This document shows, piece by piece, positions 29,445-32,000 of a stretch of DNA of 32,000 nucleotides. The notes beneath the pieces are model-generated. The model made no database searches. It saw nothing but the letters and a program-made list of their open reading frames with translations, and had not been told where the DNA came from. The DNA is from Mycolicibacterium smegmatis (lineage in GTDB: Bacteria; Actinomycetota; Actinomycetes; Mycobacteriales; Mycobacteriaceae), in the NCBI RefSeq assembly GCF_001457595.1, contig NZ_LN831039.1:450001-482000 (forward strand), read 5' to 3'. The position numbers and the translations under genes were made by a program. Positions within the stretch are counted from its first letter, which is position 1, and each line of letters begins with the position of its first letter.

Positions 29445-32000
29445 ATGCAGTCAACGAGAAACGTCGTCGTCGTCGGCCACGGCATGGTGGGGCACCGCTT
29501 CGTCGAGGCGTTGCGCGCCAGGGATACCGAGGGGTCCTGGCGTGTGACGGTGCTGGGCGAGGAGCGCGAGGCCGCCTACGACCGCGTGGGGCTCACCGGG
29601 TACACCGAGCATTGGGACCGGTCCCTGCTCGCGTTACCCGGCAACGAGTACGCCGGCGACGACCTCGTGGAGCTGCATCTGGGGTCCGCGGTGGTCGAGA
29701 TCGACCGGCCGGCCCGGACGGTTCGCACGGCCGACGGCTGCACCTTCTCCTACGACGCGCTGGTGCTGGCGACCGGTTCGTATGCGTTCGTCCCGCCGGT
29801 GCCGGGGCGCGACCTGCCGGGGTGCCACGTGTACCGCACCCTGGACGATCTCGACGCGATCCGCGCCAGCGCGGCCAACGCCTCGAAGTCGAAGTCACCG
29901 GTCGGTGTGGTGATCGGCGGCGGTCTGCTCGGCCTGGAGGCGGCGAACGCGCTACGACAGTTCGGCCTGCGCACGCACGTCCTGGAGATGTCTCCACATC
30001 TGATGGCGGCCCAGCTCGACGAGGCCGGCGGTGTGCTGCTCAACCGGATGATGCGCGACCTCGGTATCGAGGTGCACACCGCGGTGAGCACCCAGAGCAT
30101 CGCACCGGCGCAGAAGCGCAAGCCACTGCGCAGGTCCGAGATCGACGACTCGCTGCGGGTATCGCTCGACGACGGCACCGCGATCGACGCGGGCGTGGTG
30201 ATCTTCGCCGCCGGCGTGCGTCCTCGCGACGAACTGGCCCGCGAGGCCGGCCTGGACATGGCGCAGCGTGGCGGCGTGCTCACCGATTCGAATTGTGTGA
30301 CAAGTGATCCCAACATCTATGCGATCGGCGAGGTGGCCGCCGTCGATGGTCGCTGCTACGGCCTGGTGGCACCGGGTTACACCACGGCCGAGGTGGTCGC
30401 CGACCGCCTGCTCGGCGGCTCGGCCGAGTTCCCCGGCGCGGACATGTCGACCAAGCTCAAGCTGCTCGGTGTCGACGTCGCGAGTTTCGGTGATGCCAAG
30501 GGGATCACACCGAACTGCCTTGAGGTGGTGGTCAACGACCCGGTCAAGCAGACCTACGCCAAACTGGTGCTCTCCGATGACGCCAAGACCCTGCTGGGCG
30601 GCATCCTGGTCGGTGACGCCTCGGCCTACGGCGTGCTGCGGCCCATGGTCGCCAGTGAGCTGCCCGGTGACCCGCTGGCGCTGATCGCCCCGACCACCGG
30701 CGGCGACGCTCCCGGCCTCGGTGTGGGGGCGCTGCCGGACATCGCACAGATCTGCTCGTGCAACAACGTCACGAAGGGGGACCTGACCGAGGCCATCGCC
30801 GGCGGATGCTGCGATGTCGCCGACCTCAAGAAGTGCACGCTGGCCGGTACGTCGTGCGGGTCCTGTGTTCCGCTGCTCAAGCAACTCCTCGAGGCCCAGG
30901 GGGTGGAGCAGTCCAAGGCGCTGTGCGAGCACTTCAGCCAGTCACGCGCCGAGTTGTTCGAGATCATCTCGGCCACCGAGATCCGCACCTTCTCGGGGCT
31001 GATCGAGCGCTTCGGCACCGGAAAAGGTTGCGACATCTGCAAACCCACGATCGCGTCGATCCTGGCATCGACGAGTTCGGACCACATCCTCGACGGTGAG
31101 CAGGCCGCGCTGCAGGACAGCAACGACCACTTCCTGGCCAACATCCAACGCAACGGCAGCTACTCGGTGGTGCCCCGCGTGCCCGGCGGAGACATCACGC
31201 CCGAACAGCTGATCCTGATCGGCGAGATCGCAAGGGATTTCGGCCTCTACACCAAGATCACCGGCGGCCAGCGCATCGACATGTTCGGCGCGCGGGTCGA
31301 GCAGTTGCCCGAGATCTGGCGACGACTGGTCGAAGGCGGCATGGAGTCCGGCCATGCCTACGGCAAATCGCTGCGCACTGTGAAGAGTTGCGTGGGGAGT
31401 GACTGGTGCCGCTACGGACAACAGGATTCGGTCCAGATGGCCATCAACCTCGAGTTGCGGTACCGCGGTCTGCGCGCACCGCACAAGATCAAGATGGGTG
31501 TTTCGGGTTGTGCACGCGAGTGTGCCGAGGCCCGTGGCAAGGACGTCGGCGTCATCGCGACCGACAGTGGGTGGAACCTCTACGTCGGCGGCAACGGCGG
31601 CATGACGCCGCGGCATGCGCAACTGCTGGCGGGCGATCTCGACGACGAGACCCTGATCCGCTACATCGACCGGTTCCTCATGTTTTACATCCGCACGGCG
31701 GACCGGTTGCAACGCACGGCGCCGTGGGTCGAGGCCCTCGACGGCGGCATCGATCACCTCCGCGATGTCGTGTGCGACGATTCGCTCGGCCTGGCCGAGG
31801 AGTTCGAGGCCGCGATGGCCCGCCACGTCGAGGGTTACGCCTGCGAGTGGAAAGGCGTGCTGCAAGACCCTGACAAGCTCGCGCGTTTCGTCTCGTTCGT
31901 CAATGCGCCCGACACCCCCGATCCGACCGTCTCGTTCACCGAGCGCAGCGGACGCAAGGTTCCCGACCTGCGTCCGGTATCCATCGGAATGCCCACGATC
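29445..32000 (+). CDS. nirB: Assimilatory NAD(P)H nitrite reductase large subunit, 3' end at or just beyond window end
   Basis: Open-ended frame, absent from the track. ATG at 29445 with an in-frame TAG at 29433. My translation reads MQSTRNVVVVGHGMVGHRF (FAD fold), VVIGGGLLGLEAA (NAD fold), CSCNNVTKGDL...CGSCVP (BFD-like 2Fe-2S) and SCVGSDWCRYG...GVSGCARECAEA (siroheme/4Fe-4S). There are 852 in-frame codons to position 32000. Confidence 0.93.
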   Translation, partial: MQSTRNVVVVGHGMVGHRFVEALRARDTEGSWRVTVLGEEREAAYDRVGLTGYTEHWDRSLLALPGNEYAGDDLVELHLGSAVVEIDRPARTVRTADGCTFSYDALVLATGSYAFVPPVPGRDLPGCHVYRTLDDLDAIRASAANASKSKSPVGVVIGGGLLGLEAANALRQFGLRTHVLEMSPHLMAAQLDEAGGVLLNRMMRDLGIEVHTAVSTQSIAPAQKRKPLRRSEIDDSLRVSLDDGTAIDAGVVIFAAGVRPRDELAREAGLDMAQRGGVLTDSNCVTSDPNIYAIGEVAAVDGRCYGLVAPGYTTAEVVADRLLGGSAEFPGADMSTKLKLLGVDVASFGDAKGITPNCLEVVVNDPVKQTYAKLVLSDDAKTLLGGILVGDASAYGVLRPMVASELPGDPLALIAPTTGGDAPGLGVGALPDIAQICSCNNVTKGDLTEAIAGGCCDVADLKKCTLAGTSCGSCVPLLKQLLEAQGVEQSKALCEHFSQSRAELFEIISATEIRTFSGLIERFGTGKGCDICKPTIASILASTSSDHILDGEQAALQDSNDHFLANIQRNGSYSVVPRVPGGDITPEQLILIGEIARDFGLYTKITGGQRIDMFGARVEQLPEIWRRLVEGGMESGHAYGKSLRTVKSCVGSDWCRYGQQDSVQMAINLELRYRGLRAPHKIKMGVSGCARECAEARGKDVGVIATDSGWNLYVGGNGGMTPRHAQLLAGDLDDETLIRYIDRFLMFYIRTADRLQRTAPWVEALDGGIDHLRDVVCDDSLGLAEEFEAAMARHVEGYACEWKGVLQDPDKLARFVSFVNAPDTPDPTVSFTERSGRKVPDLRPVSIGMPTI

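Noticed and set aside
29952-31865. Minus-strand ORFs 29952..30932 and 30942..31865, and plus ORF 29612..30307
   Set aside because: All lie within the open-ended nirB frame, which carries FAD/NAD folds and Fe-S/siroheme cysteine motifs.

Overview
High-GC actinobacterial chromosome. Gene content and order match what I recall of the Mycolicibacterium (Mycobacterium) smegmatis region MSMEG_0408 to MSMEG_0427; this is from memory and was not searched. Three blocks are present. (1) 1-19003 is a trehalose-glycolipid assembly and export locus: a giant bimodular type I PKS on the minus strand (open past the window edge, so missing from the ORF track), then a divergent PapA-type acyltransferase, MmpL transporter, FAAL-type FadD, an exported PE-PPE-domain serine hydrolase and a convergent Gap-family membrane protein. 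This fits the published trehalose polyphleate (TPP) locus, so it is known rather than new. (2) 19027-26882 holds a 2OG-Fe(II) oxygenase and a flavin reductase. It also holds the Sdh1-type succinate dehydrogenase operon (small ORF, sdhC, sdhA, sdhB, small ORF), an isocitrate-lyase/PEP-mutase family enzyme, a small secreted protein and an Hsp20/Acr2-like chaperone. (3) 26960-32000 holds an EamA transporter and a MocR/GntR regulator whose start codons overlap head to head, then nirB, which is open to the window end and also missing from the track. I saw no tRNA/rRNA, IS element, CRISPR array or clear pseudogene. Most long ORFs antisense to these genes are high-GC shadow frames. The most interesting sequence-level observations are the asymmetric reductive loops and KR stereo-fingerprints of the PKS, a low-GC papA gene, candidate CRP and SigH/HspR-type sites, and the overlapping divergent start codons. 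I found no convincing evidence of an undescribed system.
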